Both the position numbers and the translations under genes were made by a program. Source: Cyanophora paradoxa CCMP329 (Eukaryota > Plantae > Glaucophyta). From it: a stretch of 64,000 bases of DNA. Of this stretch, positions 24,084 through 34,658 are shown piece after piece. The notes under the pieces were generated by a model, which was not told the origin of the DNA, did no database searches, and saw only the letters and a list, made by a program, of their open reading frames with translations. Every line of letters begins with the position of its first letter. The stretch's first letter is position 1. The stretch covers positions 1 to 64,000 of the forward strand of contig QPMI01000484.1 of assembly GCA_004431415.1 (NCBI GenBank), written 5' to 3'.

Positions 24084-24917
24084 ATGGCTGAGCAACCCCC
24101 ACTTGAACGAATTATTACACCTCAACTATCATTAGCTGCCCCAGCAAACCATGTTTTACAGCATGCTACCTTTGATGATGTAGAGGGTCTCCAATCAACA
24201 GAGGTCCAACCTACAATGAACACCTTTGGTTCCACCCATAAACTGAGATTACAGGAACTCAGATGTGATAAAAATAATGGAATAGTTAAGACAACTAAGC
24301 TACTTGTTACCAATGCAAACTTTTCTGCTCATTATGGAGACCCAGATAGCTATGGAGATCCTCTGTCTACTTATTCTTTTGAATCTAGGTCGGGAGCTAT
24401 TAACTGCAAATCGGGGGGAGCTTATATTGGTGATGGTCTTCGGGTTGGTGGGGCTGTTGGAGCGCCTTTATTTGTGAATGATCAACCCAATCCCATTGAT
24501 CCCAATACAAGAATTCGAACCTATGTCCCCAGCATGAATGCCCCATACATTATAAAGATATTCCCCATTGTTGTAAATGAACAGACAGCAGTTGTAGACT
24601 CTCTTGTTGAGATTGGTGACCACTACAAGGTTGTTGTGGATATTCCACCAGATGTTTATGCTCTTTGTCAAGTAGAGGGTGGAACTCCTAATTTTGCTGT
24701 TGTGATCACCCCATATGATAATTTTGGAATTGCTTATCATGGAGTCAATTTCGGTTTAGAAGATTACCAGTTCTTAGTGAGAGCCACCAAGTTTGGTATC
24801 TACAAGTGTGTATTATATGCTGAGAGAACTGATTTTATTGCAAAGCAGAATACCTATGCTGAGTATTATGGCACAAATCGATATTTCCCCATTTTTGGAC
24901 AGGATACTGCTCCATAA
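24084..24917 (+). CDS. Short fibre-like structural protein (shared N-terminal domain family)
   Basis: LQELRCDKNNG..KTTKLLVTN..KSGGAYIGDG; conserved in element B. Confidence 0.75.
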   Translation: MAEQPPLERIITPQLSLAAPANHVLQHATFDDVEGLQSTEVQPTMNTFGSTHKLRLQELRCDKNNGIVKTTKLLVTNANFSAHYGDPDSYGDPLSTYSFESRSGAINCKSGGAYIGDGLRVGGAVGAPLFVNDQPNPIDPNTRIRTYVPSMNAPYIIKIFPIVVNEQTAVVDSLVEIGDHYKVVVDIPPDVYALCQVEGGTPNFAVVITPYDNFGIAYHGVNFGLEDYQFLVRATKFGIYKCVLYAERTDFIAKQNTYAEYYGTNRYFPIFGQDTAP

Positions 24918-24939
24918 GAATATTGGGTATATATAGAGT

Positions 24940-25212
24940 ATGGATAGTAAAACAAAAAAGTTTATTGATGCTGCTATGACAGTTCATGGTAAAGATAAAT
25001 TCGATTACAGTGAGACACATTACATCAAAGCTCAAGAGAAAGTATCTGTTAGATGTTTGCAGTGTAATAAGGTGATCCTTACCTATCCCTTTAATCATGT
25101 GAAGGGATCAGGGTGTAGGGAATGCAACAAAAAGCACTCTCAGGCTTATAGGAAAAGGGCTACTTCATCAATCAGAGTAGAGTATAGGGATATTTGCATT
25201 AGGTTCGATTAG
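24940..25212 (+). CDS. DUF723-like zinc-ribbon protein
   Basis: FI..A..VHG.KFDYS...Y......V...C..C......P.NH..G.GC..C pattern. Confidence 0.7.
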   Translation: MDSKTKKFIDAAMTVHGKDKFDYSETHYIKAQEKVSVRCLQCNKVILTYPFNHVKGSGCRECNKKHSQAYRKRATSSIRVEYRDICIRFD

Positions 25213-25241
25213 GTTTAATTAATTTTTCTAAGGTATTCTTA

Positions 25242-25640
25242 ATGGAGACTAAATACAGAGGCTTTCATGTTATGCTTGATTACAAAGCTAAATCAGCTAT
25301 TGCAACAGGACATGAGCATGTAAGCTTCCTAGGTAATTGGATTATGAGAACCCTAGAACAAGCAATATTAAGACAAGGCATTAGGATTGTTCATAAACAC
25401 TGTGAGATATTTGATGGCAAAGTATCACCTCCTGGGTTTGCATTGGTTCTGCTATTAGATGAAAGCCATTGCACAGCTCATTGTTATTCCAATGAAGGCA
25501 TGTTAGCAATTGATATATTCAGTTGTGGTAAAGAAGCTCAGCATAAAACACAAGCAGTTGCAGATGAGATCGATAAAACAATGAATTTCCTCACATTTGA
25601 GAAGACTGAGAGACATAAACATGATAGATTCCCGTTTTGA
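25242..25640 (+). CDS. speD: S-adenosylmethionine decarboxylase proenzyme (SpeD-like)
   Basis: G.H..LD, GFALVLLLDESHCTAHCY (ESH self-cleavage site), IDIFSCG. Confidence 0.88.
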   Translation: METKYRGFHVMLDYKAKSAIATGHEHVSFLGNWIMRTLEQAILRQGIRIVHKHCEIFDGKVSPPGFALVLLLDESHCTAHCYSNEGMLAIDIFSCGKEAQHKTQAVADEIDKTMNFLTFEKTERHKHDRFPF

Positions 25641-25831
25641 TGGGTTTCTATAATGATAATCAAGGTAATTTACCTTTTGTTTTACAATAGCAACTGTTAC
25701 AAAAAGATATAATATATCCTTTTCCTACAGTAGCTTTCTACAATGATTATTTTCCGGATTCCGGACATTTTTTACGATAGAATTCTATTGTAAGTAATTG
25801 GAATACTATTCGATTTCATTACAGTAAAACT

Positions 25832-26667
25832 CAACATTCCCCTAGATTCCCCCTATTATATTATATTTATATTTAAGTGGAGTCAAGGTTGACTCATATT
25901 AATCGTAAAAGTAGTAATAGTATATGGATTTTGTTACGAATTCAATGGGAGGGTTGACTAAGTGGGTTGAGTTGACTCAAATTTCACAGGAAATATTTGG
26001 GACCTAAAGTTTTCTAAAAAGGATTTGAAAAAATGTGTCAACTCCCCCCACTTAGTCAACCCTGACCATAAACAGTAAGGATTTGAGCTAACATGTATCA
26101 CAAAGTGAACATTTTGAGTCCACTTAGAAGATCCACTTTTGAAATCCAAGTTGATTTTGCTTGAAATTTCAAAGTTGATCTAAAAGTGAGTCCACCCTGA
26201 TTGATTATGGTAACAAAGTTGACTAAGTTGACTAAGTTGAGTCATCTTAAGAAATTCAAAGAGACTAAGAGTTCAAAATGTTTATGAAAAGTGAGTCAAC
26301 TTAGACCACTTATGATAACAAAGTTAAATATTTAATTGATTTAATCGGAAAAGAACATGATTTAATCGAATTTATTGATATAATTCCGATTAGATTCATT
26401 TAGGATTCAATTAAGATCAATCGAAGTTATTGATATAATTCCGATTAACTACAATTAAGATACAATATCGATTAATCGAGTTTATCGATATAACATCGAT
26501 TAAATTAATTGAAAATGCATGTAAAAATATGAAAATTCAGGTGAAAATTCAAATAAATTAATCGATTTTATTGATATAACATCGAATCACACATATGAAT
26601 ATTCATATTTTAATCCTGAGGCGGAACGCCGAGGGATTAAAATATGAATATTCATATGTGTCACCCG
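25832..26667. repeat. Right TIR of element A including terminal fold-back
   Basis: Inverted match to 1-748; ends in the hairpin at 26589-26661. Confidence 0.93.
26589..26661. other. Terminal hairpin of element A
   Basis: 28-bp perfect arms + TGA/GAG mismatch + GGCG-GAA-CGCC. Confidence 0.9.
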
Positions 26668-27241
26668 CAAATTCAAAGTGTTCTACGACTCAAACACCAT
26701 GAAACTAAGGATCCTTTCAAATGAGGCATTCGGTCTCCGGTTTGCCTCGCTTCCAGTGGCAAACTTTACAGGATTCCAGGTCGCTGACAAACTGTATTTA
26801 GGTGCAGTGTTGGCAGTAAACGAAACCTATGATGCACTCGTTTACACACACGAATTATATTCGGAGGTTCCCCTCGACCTTCTGTATTACTCATACATGT
26901 TGCTCCACATTGAGCAGCTACGAGGCACTGTGATCAGTCGCAACCCATCCGATTGCTATGCAATTGCAAAGATCATTCTCGACCAGCAGGTCGGAGCCCT
27001 GTTAAAATACGAGGGTTCCAATGCAACTATGGTGGCATCTGACATGATTGACCGCGAGCTTGAATACCTCGACATCGCACGGAAATACTATAATGGGATT
27101 CAGGTCACCTTGCACAGCGATTGGAGCATGACGCTTGAAATCGTCACTGACGATGGTGGGAACAGAAACAAGAAAGACCTCAAAGCTATATTTGCCGATT
27201 TGCAGGATCACCTCCTCCCATTCGATAGGTCATTTTCGTAA
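26663..27241 (+). pseudogene. 5'-truncated penton-like minor capsid gene of element C
   Basis: FKVFYDSNTMKL aligns with internal FKIFYNPTTYKV of 14518; YMLLHIEQL and DWSMTLEI C-terminal motifs; the N-terminal IDSRDR region is missing at the element A junction. Confidence 0.7.
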
Positions 27242-27270
27242 ATTAATATCGCACCCTAAATTAAGAATCA

Positions 27271-28052
27271 ATGCCGCGTCAAGCTACCGCCAAACCACGC
27301 AAAACCAAACCGAAAGATTACCTCAGCACGCCGGCAAGTGTGGCAGACGTGGATACCCCACTAAATTTGGAAGAGGCAAAGCAGACAAAGCCAAAGCTGT
27401 GTATCACGTTGGTGATATTGAGCGCGATGTCCACTCTTCGCGAAACGAGTTCATTCAAGGACAGATCAGTGATCGAAACGATGCGAACGCTTTGATTGAT
27501 GAAGTCCCGCTGAATAAGATGCCCGGTAACAAGAGAGGACGAAAGAAGGGAACGATCATAAATTCGACAAAGGAACGAATCGCTTCAAAGAAAGTATTAC
27601 TGAAAGAGCTCGATATCGGCAACGTGTATTCGGTGCAGACAGGCGATCGCTACCGCTATTATCTTGCGAAGCCAGGCAAGGGCATATCCAGTCTCACACG
27701 AGCCAGTGCGAAAGAATTGGTGGAAGGTATCGCCAAAGAGACGAAGCTCGAAAACCAAATCATGGAGCAAAAGATCACAAAGGAAAAGGTGGACGAGAAA
27801 CCAGTGGTTGCATCGGAAGTACTTGCTGATCCAATCGCGCCAGCAATCAGTGCCACACCCGATCAGTTAATTGCGAAAACGATCGCACTACAAGACACAA
27901 ACACCGCCACCAATCTCCCGATCGCAAACAAGCACATCCTGAAAATCGCCACCTCGACAAGCGAGCCACTTAACTCCATTCCCCGTGTGTCCCAGCCATT
28001 TATTAGCGGGTTTGCAAAGCTCGGATTAAAGCCAGGTTACAGGAGGCTCTGA
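27271..28052 (+). CDS. Basic hypothetical protein(s); probably one gene with a frameshift, or two genes (27271 and 27519 starts)
   Basis: MPRQATAKPRK and MPGNKRGRKKG ORFs; no recognisable domain. Confidence 0.5.
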
Positions 28053-28397
28053 GCCGACCTAAGCGAAGCCCGGCGCTGAAAAGTTTTCTAATGTTAGAGT
28101 AGCGCTACGTAACAAGAACCTATCTCGTAGTGAGTGCTCGCGCATTTTATCCTTTTTTTCGTAGGATCCATGTGCATTTCGCTTTTAACACCTGTTCTAC
28201 CGGGTTCATTGGTAGTAACTTGGGCGCCCCCGACAAGTCAGCCCCGCATCGGGCATCGGGACTTATTTTTGTAGCTTCTACCGGTTGTAGGGGTCAAAAA
28301 ATGATAATGTTCTGAAAAAAGTCGGTTGTGCGTATATCCGACAAGAAAAAGGACTTAAAGATTTCTCGCTATATATCAGAAGAGGAAGCAAGATAGA

Positions 28398-28652
28398 ATG
28401 CCAGTCACCGAAGCCCAGAAGCGTGCCATTGACCGTTTCCGGAAGTCTGAGAAAGGGCAGGAGTATTTGAAAAAGTATAACGCAAAGTTGGCTAAGCAAG
28501 TGAAGGATCTATATAATTCCGACGAGTGCTACCGAGCAATGAGAATTGTCGACAGCTCCCAGCGTCATTACGTTTCTAATGCTATATGCTTTGTTAAGTA
28601 TCTATATGGAGTTCCACGAACCAATCGAGGTCGCCCATCGAAATATTGCTAA
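28398..28652 (+). CDS. Small basic protein with C-terminal AT-hook-like motif
   Basis: MPVTEAQKRAIDRF..RGRPSKY; upstream AAAAAGGACTTAAAG motif. Confidence 0.65.
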   Translation: MPVTEAQKRAIDRFRKSEKGQEYLKKYNAKLAKQVKDLYNSDECYRAMRIVDSSQRHYVSNAICFVKYLYGVPRTNRGRPSKYC

Positions 28653-28862
28653 TTCGTTTTTCTCAGCGCATTTGCTCTGAGAACCAGCGCGAGAGCAACC
28701 GCGCTTAGACCGATAAACTCCCTTTGTGTTATTTTTCGAGCTTGTTTATCGAGCCAACCCTTTTGTTATTTTTACGAAAATGCCCGTCGCCCAAAATTGA
28801 CGCGTTCCCAAAAAATGACTTAAAGAAATATTTTGTAGGATATATAATAGAACAACAACGAA

Positions 28863-31800
28863 ATGCCCCGCGCCGTTAGCATTCAATCCACTAAGTTGAG
28901 ACAACGTATTCTTTCAAAGCTTGGCTATGGTTTCGCAAACGGGTTTCTGACAGAAGAGCAGTTCAATGCTTTCGGAAACTTTGCCTTTGTACGACGACCG
29001 AGGCTAAATGCTCTGAATGACATTGAGCAAACAATCGATAATATCGTAGCACGTGGTGAGGGAAGACTTGACCAACAGAACGAGATCGAGAGGTTCGGTA
29101 ATATTGATGTTATTGAGGGTGGAAAAAAGAAGACGAAAGCGGAGCGGATCGCTGAAAAACGCAGCAAGAGATCAGAGAGGAAGCAAGAGAAAAAGGCAAA
29201 GAGGGCAGAGAGAGCCGCTAAAAATGTGGAGAAGCAGGAGGCGAAACAACAGCGGGCAAAGGAGCGCAGACAGCGCAGTGAGACCGAGATTATGCAAGCC
29301 ATGAATAATCTTGTGGTTGAGCTCACATGGAAAAACCCCAGAACAAACAAAATTAAATCTGTCCATGAATTCGTTGACAAACGTATAGGATGGAATGAGT
29401 ATTACGATCGCTTCCACAATGCAGTAAGGGAAAGACGTGGGATTAAATTCCACCTGACAGCCAAAGCGGTTTATAAGAAGAAACTCACAATCAATGGAAG
29501 ATGGACAGGTAAATATGGATTCGATACATACACAAATATTACCACAAGATACTATCTTATTCTGAATGATCGCCAGGTTAAAACCAATGTTGATGATTCA
29601 GTAGATGATCTACAAGAAATTCTTGAATCCAATCCCAGCGGTGAGTTAGAGACGATCATTGAGCTACAACTACAAATACTCACCTATCAGCCAATAGCAG
29701 GCAGTTCTTACATTCCGCTTCCAAAGGAAATAGAATTGAAAAAGGCGGTCATCAATCCGAGAAACGACGACCAGAAATGCTTTGCATGGGCTGTGACTAT
29801 TGGGCTACACCACCATGAATTATCACATAAGCATCGTTACGATGTGAAGCGATACAGGAAATATGAGAACGAATTTAATTGGGATAGCTTCGAGTTCCCA
29901 TTAAAGAACAACCCTCGTGAATACGAAAGGGCTTCTAAAATGGTGGACGACCGATTAATGTATACTCTCTCGAAAAAGACGAGGAAACAAAATTATTGCG
30001 GGTTGTTCCAATCCATGTATGCATGGATCCCAGCAGGCAACATGAGACTATTGACATTCTCGTTTGGGGTGACGAGAAATCAGACACGATGCATTATGGT
30101 TTCATTTCCAGCCTGTCTCGTCTCATCCCCAGCTCGCACCACGGGACAACTCACTTCTGTAAGGCGTGTTTGAGGGGATTTACGAGCGAGAGAATATTAG
30201 AGAACCACATCAGATATAACAAGTGCTACGATCGTCCAAATGCTACTGTCGATACCATGCCTCCCAGTGGTTCTAAAATCATGTGGGAAGACAAGAAGCA
30301 TGTCGATAAGACGGTTCACCATCCTATATTCATTGTTGGTGATTTCGAGTGCATCTTGCAGAACATAGATGAGAAAAGGGGCGAGAGCACAGATGTTTAC
30401 CAGAAACACATACCCAGTGGATACAAGATTATGGTAATTCACAAGGGTGAGATCATTAAGCAGGTCTTGTATCGGAAACAAAACGCAGAAGACGATGATG
30501 AGGTGACCACACACTTTATGGACACACTGAGAAAGATGGAGTCTGACTTGCTCGACAGATTGCGGACTGTTGAGCCCATGGTAATGGAGTCTTGCGACAA
30601 AGAAGACTTCAAAAATTCGATCGCCTGTTATCTCTGTGGTGATGAGTTCGGAACTAAAATTACAGATGCAAAAACAGGAATCACCTACACACCAACAAAG
30701 GTTCGCGACCATGATCACATCACAGGCAAATATCTCGGTGCAGCTTGCAATACTTGCAATCTAAAACGTCGCATCCAGCCAAAGATTCCAGTAGTTTTCC
30801 ACAATCTCAAAAGCTATGATGGACACTACATTCTCAAAGCACTCAGAAATGTCAATAATCCCGGTGGGAAATTCGGTGTATAGCTCAGAATTTCGAGAAG
30901 TTCGTAGCTTTCGATGTGGGGCTTACAAATTCATGGATTCTCTTAATTTCATGGCTTCCAGTCTCGACAGTCTCGTGAAGAATCTCAGTAGCGAAAATTT
31001 CAAGTTCACTAATGAGTGGTGTGACTCCATGAAATACACACAGGAACAGCGGGAACTACTGATGAAAAAGGGACACTTTCCTTACGATTACCTTGACAGT
31101 TTGGAGAAACTCAATGAGACACAGCTACCACCCAAAGATGCGTTTTACTCGAAATTAAATGATACTGAGCTGAGCAACGAGGACTACGCCCATTGTACGA
31201 AGGTATGGAATTCTTTCAATTGCAAGACTCTTGGAGATTATCACGATATCTATCTTGCTACCGATGTGGCACTACTTGCAGACGTTTTCAATACCTTCCG
31301 TGATGTTTGCTACGATCAATATAAGATTGACCCGATCCATTTCGTCTCAGCACCTCACCTGTCGTGGTATGCAATGTTGAAGTATACAGGTGTTGAGTTG
31401 GAACAACTCGATGACCCCGAAATGTATCGGTTCTTTGAGATGGGAATTCGTGGAGGCACCTCAATGATTTCCACACGATATGGAGAGGCGAATAATCCCT
31501 ATATGGAGTCTTACGATCCATCAAAACCGACGAAGTATATCATGCCTTGGGATGCTAACAATCTTTATGGCAAGGCGATGAGTTTCAAGCTTCCGAGTGG
31601 TGGGTTTGATTGGATCAATGATGTTGAAAATTTCGATTACATGGGATTTGATGCAGAAGGCGAACAAGGAGCAACATTAGAGGTCGACTTAGAATATCCC
31701 GAGCATCTACACGATCTACACAACGATCTCCCGCTTGCCCCTGAGTCGCTTGTAGTTGTGAGCTCGATGCTTTCAGCGAAACAGCTCGAAATGATTGGAG

Positions 31801-32843
31801 AGGAGAAGCTACCAGAAATTCGCAAATTGGTTCCAAATCTCATGGACAAAAAGAACTATATCGTCCACATTAAGAACTTGCAGTATTACGTGAAGAAGGG
31901 TATGAGGGTTACGAAAGTGCATCGTGGTGTTATTTTCGATCAATCGGAATGGTTGAAGTCTTACATTGATTTCAATACGAAACTGAGAACACGAGCAGCC
32001 AATGATTTCGAGAAGGACTTCTACAAGCTCATGAATAACTCAGTTTTCGGGAAGACCATGGAAAATGTCCGAAAGCGAAGCAACATCAAGCTTTGCAGTG
32101 ATCCAAAGAAGCAGCTAAAACACAATGGCAACCCATTGTTGAAGACAATGAAAATCATCAATGAGAATCTCACAGCTTTGGAGTTCTATAAGGGTTCCAT
32201 TCTCTTGGACAAACCGATTTATGTGGGTCAAGCCATCTTGGATCTTTCAAAACTGATCATGTATGAGTTCCACTACGACTACATCATGGTGAAGTATGGC
32301 AAGGATCGGGCAAGACTTCTCATGACCGATACCGACTCGTTGTATTATGTGATTGAAACCCAGGACATCTACAAGGATATGAATGAAGATTCGCATTGGT
32401 TTGATCAATCCGATTATAGCAAATCACACATTAGCTACAACCCAAAGAATAAGAAAGTTCCCGGTTTATTCAAAGACGACAGCACTGATTATCTTGTTAC
32501 AGGGTTTGCAGGAATCAAGCCGAAGGCATACTCTTACGAGAAAGAGTTAAATGTTAAGGCTCTTGGTCTCGATGTGGATGGGGAGAAGAAAACTGTTAAA
32601 AAGTTGAAGGGAGTTCAGAGGTCAGTAGTGCAGAACAAGTTAGTGTTCCAGCAATACTACAACACTGTCATGCATCCTATGAATGAGCAAGAGCCAGTAA
32701 CAGTTAGAGGCTTCCGATCAAAGAACCACGAGGTAACAACGCAGGAAATGAAGAAACGGGCATTTAATGCGCTCGATACTAAGAGGTATCTTTGTGATGA
32801 TCTCTACAATACTCTTGCGATTGGACACTATCGCTCGCGTTAG
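28863..32843 (+). CDS. polB: Protein-primed family B DNA polymerase (Maverick type, with zinc finger and endonuclease-VII-like insert); two frameshifts
   Basis: GSSYIPLP..AVINPRNDDQKCF, C2H2-like FCKACLRGF..LENH, GDFEC, DHDHITGKYLGAACNTCN, FHNLKSYDGH, KGHFPYDY, DANNLYG, KLMNNSVFGK, TDTDS. Confidence 0.95.
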
Positions 32844-32884
32844 GGTCGCTTGCGTGCCGCAAACAAAACCCAATAGATATATAA

Positions 32885-33943
32885 ATGGATCAGGTGCTAA
32901 GCTATACCAAATACCGACAGAAACTGATAAATGATGGTGTTAAATTTGATGAGGAAGAACTACGGAAACGTTACAGAAACCAGGAAATTGAGCAGATCTT
33001 TAAGAAACCGAAGAAACAGAAGACATTTCTAAGAATCGTTGCCCCACCAAATTCGTTCCAGGTGGACGTTATCTTTTTCAAGAACTACAAAACGGGAAAT
33101 AATGGGATCGATAGGATGATGGGATTTATCGACATACTGAGTCGGAAGGCGTTTGTGTATCCTTTTAAAATGGGTGAGTCTAAAATCGATATTTTCAATC
33201 GGTTCAAGGTCGAAGCAGGTAGGGTGAGTGCAATCGCAGGTGATAATGAGTTTTCAGCTCAAATGTATCAGAAATGGTGCGAGGAGAACAATGTCACACT
33301 TTATACAGATGTAGCTAAGAATGACCACATAACAGTAGGTGATAAATTGGGGATTATTGATAGGTTCACAAGGACATTCAAGCAGTATTTAAGAAAGGCA
33401 ATTGCATCAAGTGGAAACCCTAAGTGGACAGACTACTACAAAGAGGTTCTCGCAACCTACAACAATAGCCCTCATACTTCTTTAAAGAATGATTCCCCCA
33501 ATGCAGTGTATGGTAATAGAGACAAGGAGTCATTTATATATTTCCGCGATTCCATGCATAATAAAAGTATAAGAGAAGGCATGCCTGATGTTAAAGAGGG
33601 TGATTATGTTCGTGCTGTGACAGAGAAAAAGGTGTTTGATAAGGAGGGTGCACGATACAGTAAGCAGGTATACAAGGTAGCAGGTAAAGTAGGCAATCGA
33701 TTTAAATTATTGGAGGAGAACGATGGAGAGACACCGAAAGAGGTGAGTAGGAACTTTAAGTTGAATGAGTTGCAAAAGGTAGATAAGGACGCAATTGTGA
33801 AAATTCCAACCCAGAAACGAGTGGAAAGGGTTAGCAAAACAACGAAAGTAAATAGGTTAGTTGCGAAAGAAGGGATCAAACCCAATAGGAAGGCAGTCGT
33901 GAGGAAGAGGTATAATTTGAGGAGTGGGCTTACTAAGCGATAG
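32885..33943 (+). CDS. Retroviral-like (rve) integrase, Maverick type
   Basis: FQVDVIF, IDILSRKAFVYP, GDNEF, IIDRFTRTFK, W..Y..VL.TYNNSPHTSL..SP. Confidence 0.9.
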   Translation: MDQVLSYTKYRQKLINDGVKFDEEELRKRYRNQEIEQIFKKPKKQKTFLRIVAPPNSFQVDVIFFKNYKTGNNGIDRMMGFIDILSRKAFVYPFKMGESKIDIFNRFKVEAGRVSAIAGDNEFSAQMYQKWCEENNVTLYTDVAKNDHITVGDKLGIIDRFTRTFKQYLRKAIASSGNPKWTDYYKEVLATYNNSPHTSLKNDSPNAVYGNRDKESFIYFRDSMHNKSIREGMPDVKEGDYVRAVTEKKVFDKEGARYSKQVYKVAGKVGNRFKLLEENDGETPKEVSRNFKLNELQKVDKDAIVKIPTQKRVERVSKTTKVNRLVAKEGIKPNRKAVVRKRYNLRSGLTKR

Positions 33944-34280
33944 GTTCCTCATCGAATTTAATTGGTTTGAATTTTTCGAATACTTCTTTATGATGAATTC
34001 CACGCATAAACCATGAGCCGTTTTCGTTATCCCATCGTGCTCCGTATGATTTAGCTTCTTCTTTTTTACTGTAAGGAACAGTGATATATACTATTTGATC
34101 TATTCCTTTTACTTCTTTGTTGGTGAGTTGTTGGAATTTCGTGAGCAGTTCGCTATCTTTCTTAGTTGTATACCAAAGGTGAGTATCAGGATCCCATCGA
34201 CCACCCATTTGTTTAATCTCTTTGCGATCCTCAAAACGAGACACAATATAATAGCGTGTGGTTTTGGGTTTGGACTCCAT
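33933..34280 (-). CDS. DUF5710-like protein (two repeats)
   Basis: FEDRKEIKQMGGRWDPDTHLWY and VPYSKKEEAKSYGARWDNENGSWF. Confidence 0.75.
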   Translation of the reverse strand: MESKPKTTRYYIVSRFEDRKEIKQMGGRWDPDTHLWYTTKKDSELLTKFQQLTNKEVKGIDQIVYITVPYSKKEEAKSYGARWDNENGSWFMRGIHHKEVFEKFKPIKFDEEPIA

Positions 34281-34366
34281 TTTTATTGAAAGGTTTGGTA
34301 GTCTTTATATATGAGGCAGTAGTTATCGGAGAATATGGTGGAGTATCGGTGGATCGGTGGAATATT

Positions 34367-34658
34367 ACGATAAATGGTATCGTGGGGCAGAAAGTTTTTG
34401 GATTCAATGTACGACAATCGAGAAATATGGTATACGTGTGTGTTATTTATAGAAAAATTCGTTTATGGTAAGGATTTATGAAATTCAATGAGATATGAGA
34501 CGATAAATCGTATCGTGGGGCAGAAAGTTTTTGGATTCAATGTACGACAATCGAGAAATATGGTATACGTGTGTGTTATTTATAGAAAAATTCGTTTATG
34601 GTAAGGATTTATGAAATTCAATGAGATATGAGACGATAAATCGTATCGTGGGGCAGAA
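34367..34658. repeat. 133-bp tandem repeat (2 copies plus a partial)
   Basis: CGTGGGGCAGAA recurs at 34381, 34514 and 34647 with identical intervening sequence. Confidence 0.92.

Larger units (their letters stand above)
1..26667. mobile_element. Element A: near-complete endogenous Maverick/Polinton-like virus (~26.7 kb)
   Basis: Long TIRs at both ends; encodes rve integrase, pPolB, primase-helicase, A32-type ATPase, capsid proteins and fibres; AT-rich. The extreme left terminus (~55 nt by comparison with the right TIR) lies before the window start. Confidence 0.92.

Noticed and set aside
17038-24917. Diversity-generating retroelement driving fibre variation
   Set aside because: No template/variable repeat pair with adenine-specific differences seen; the only RT is a Gypsy pol.
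26589-26661. Protelomerase (telRL-type) site
   Set aside because: No protelomerase or tyrosine recombinase recognised, and the equivalent structure in B has a 215-nt loop.
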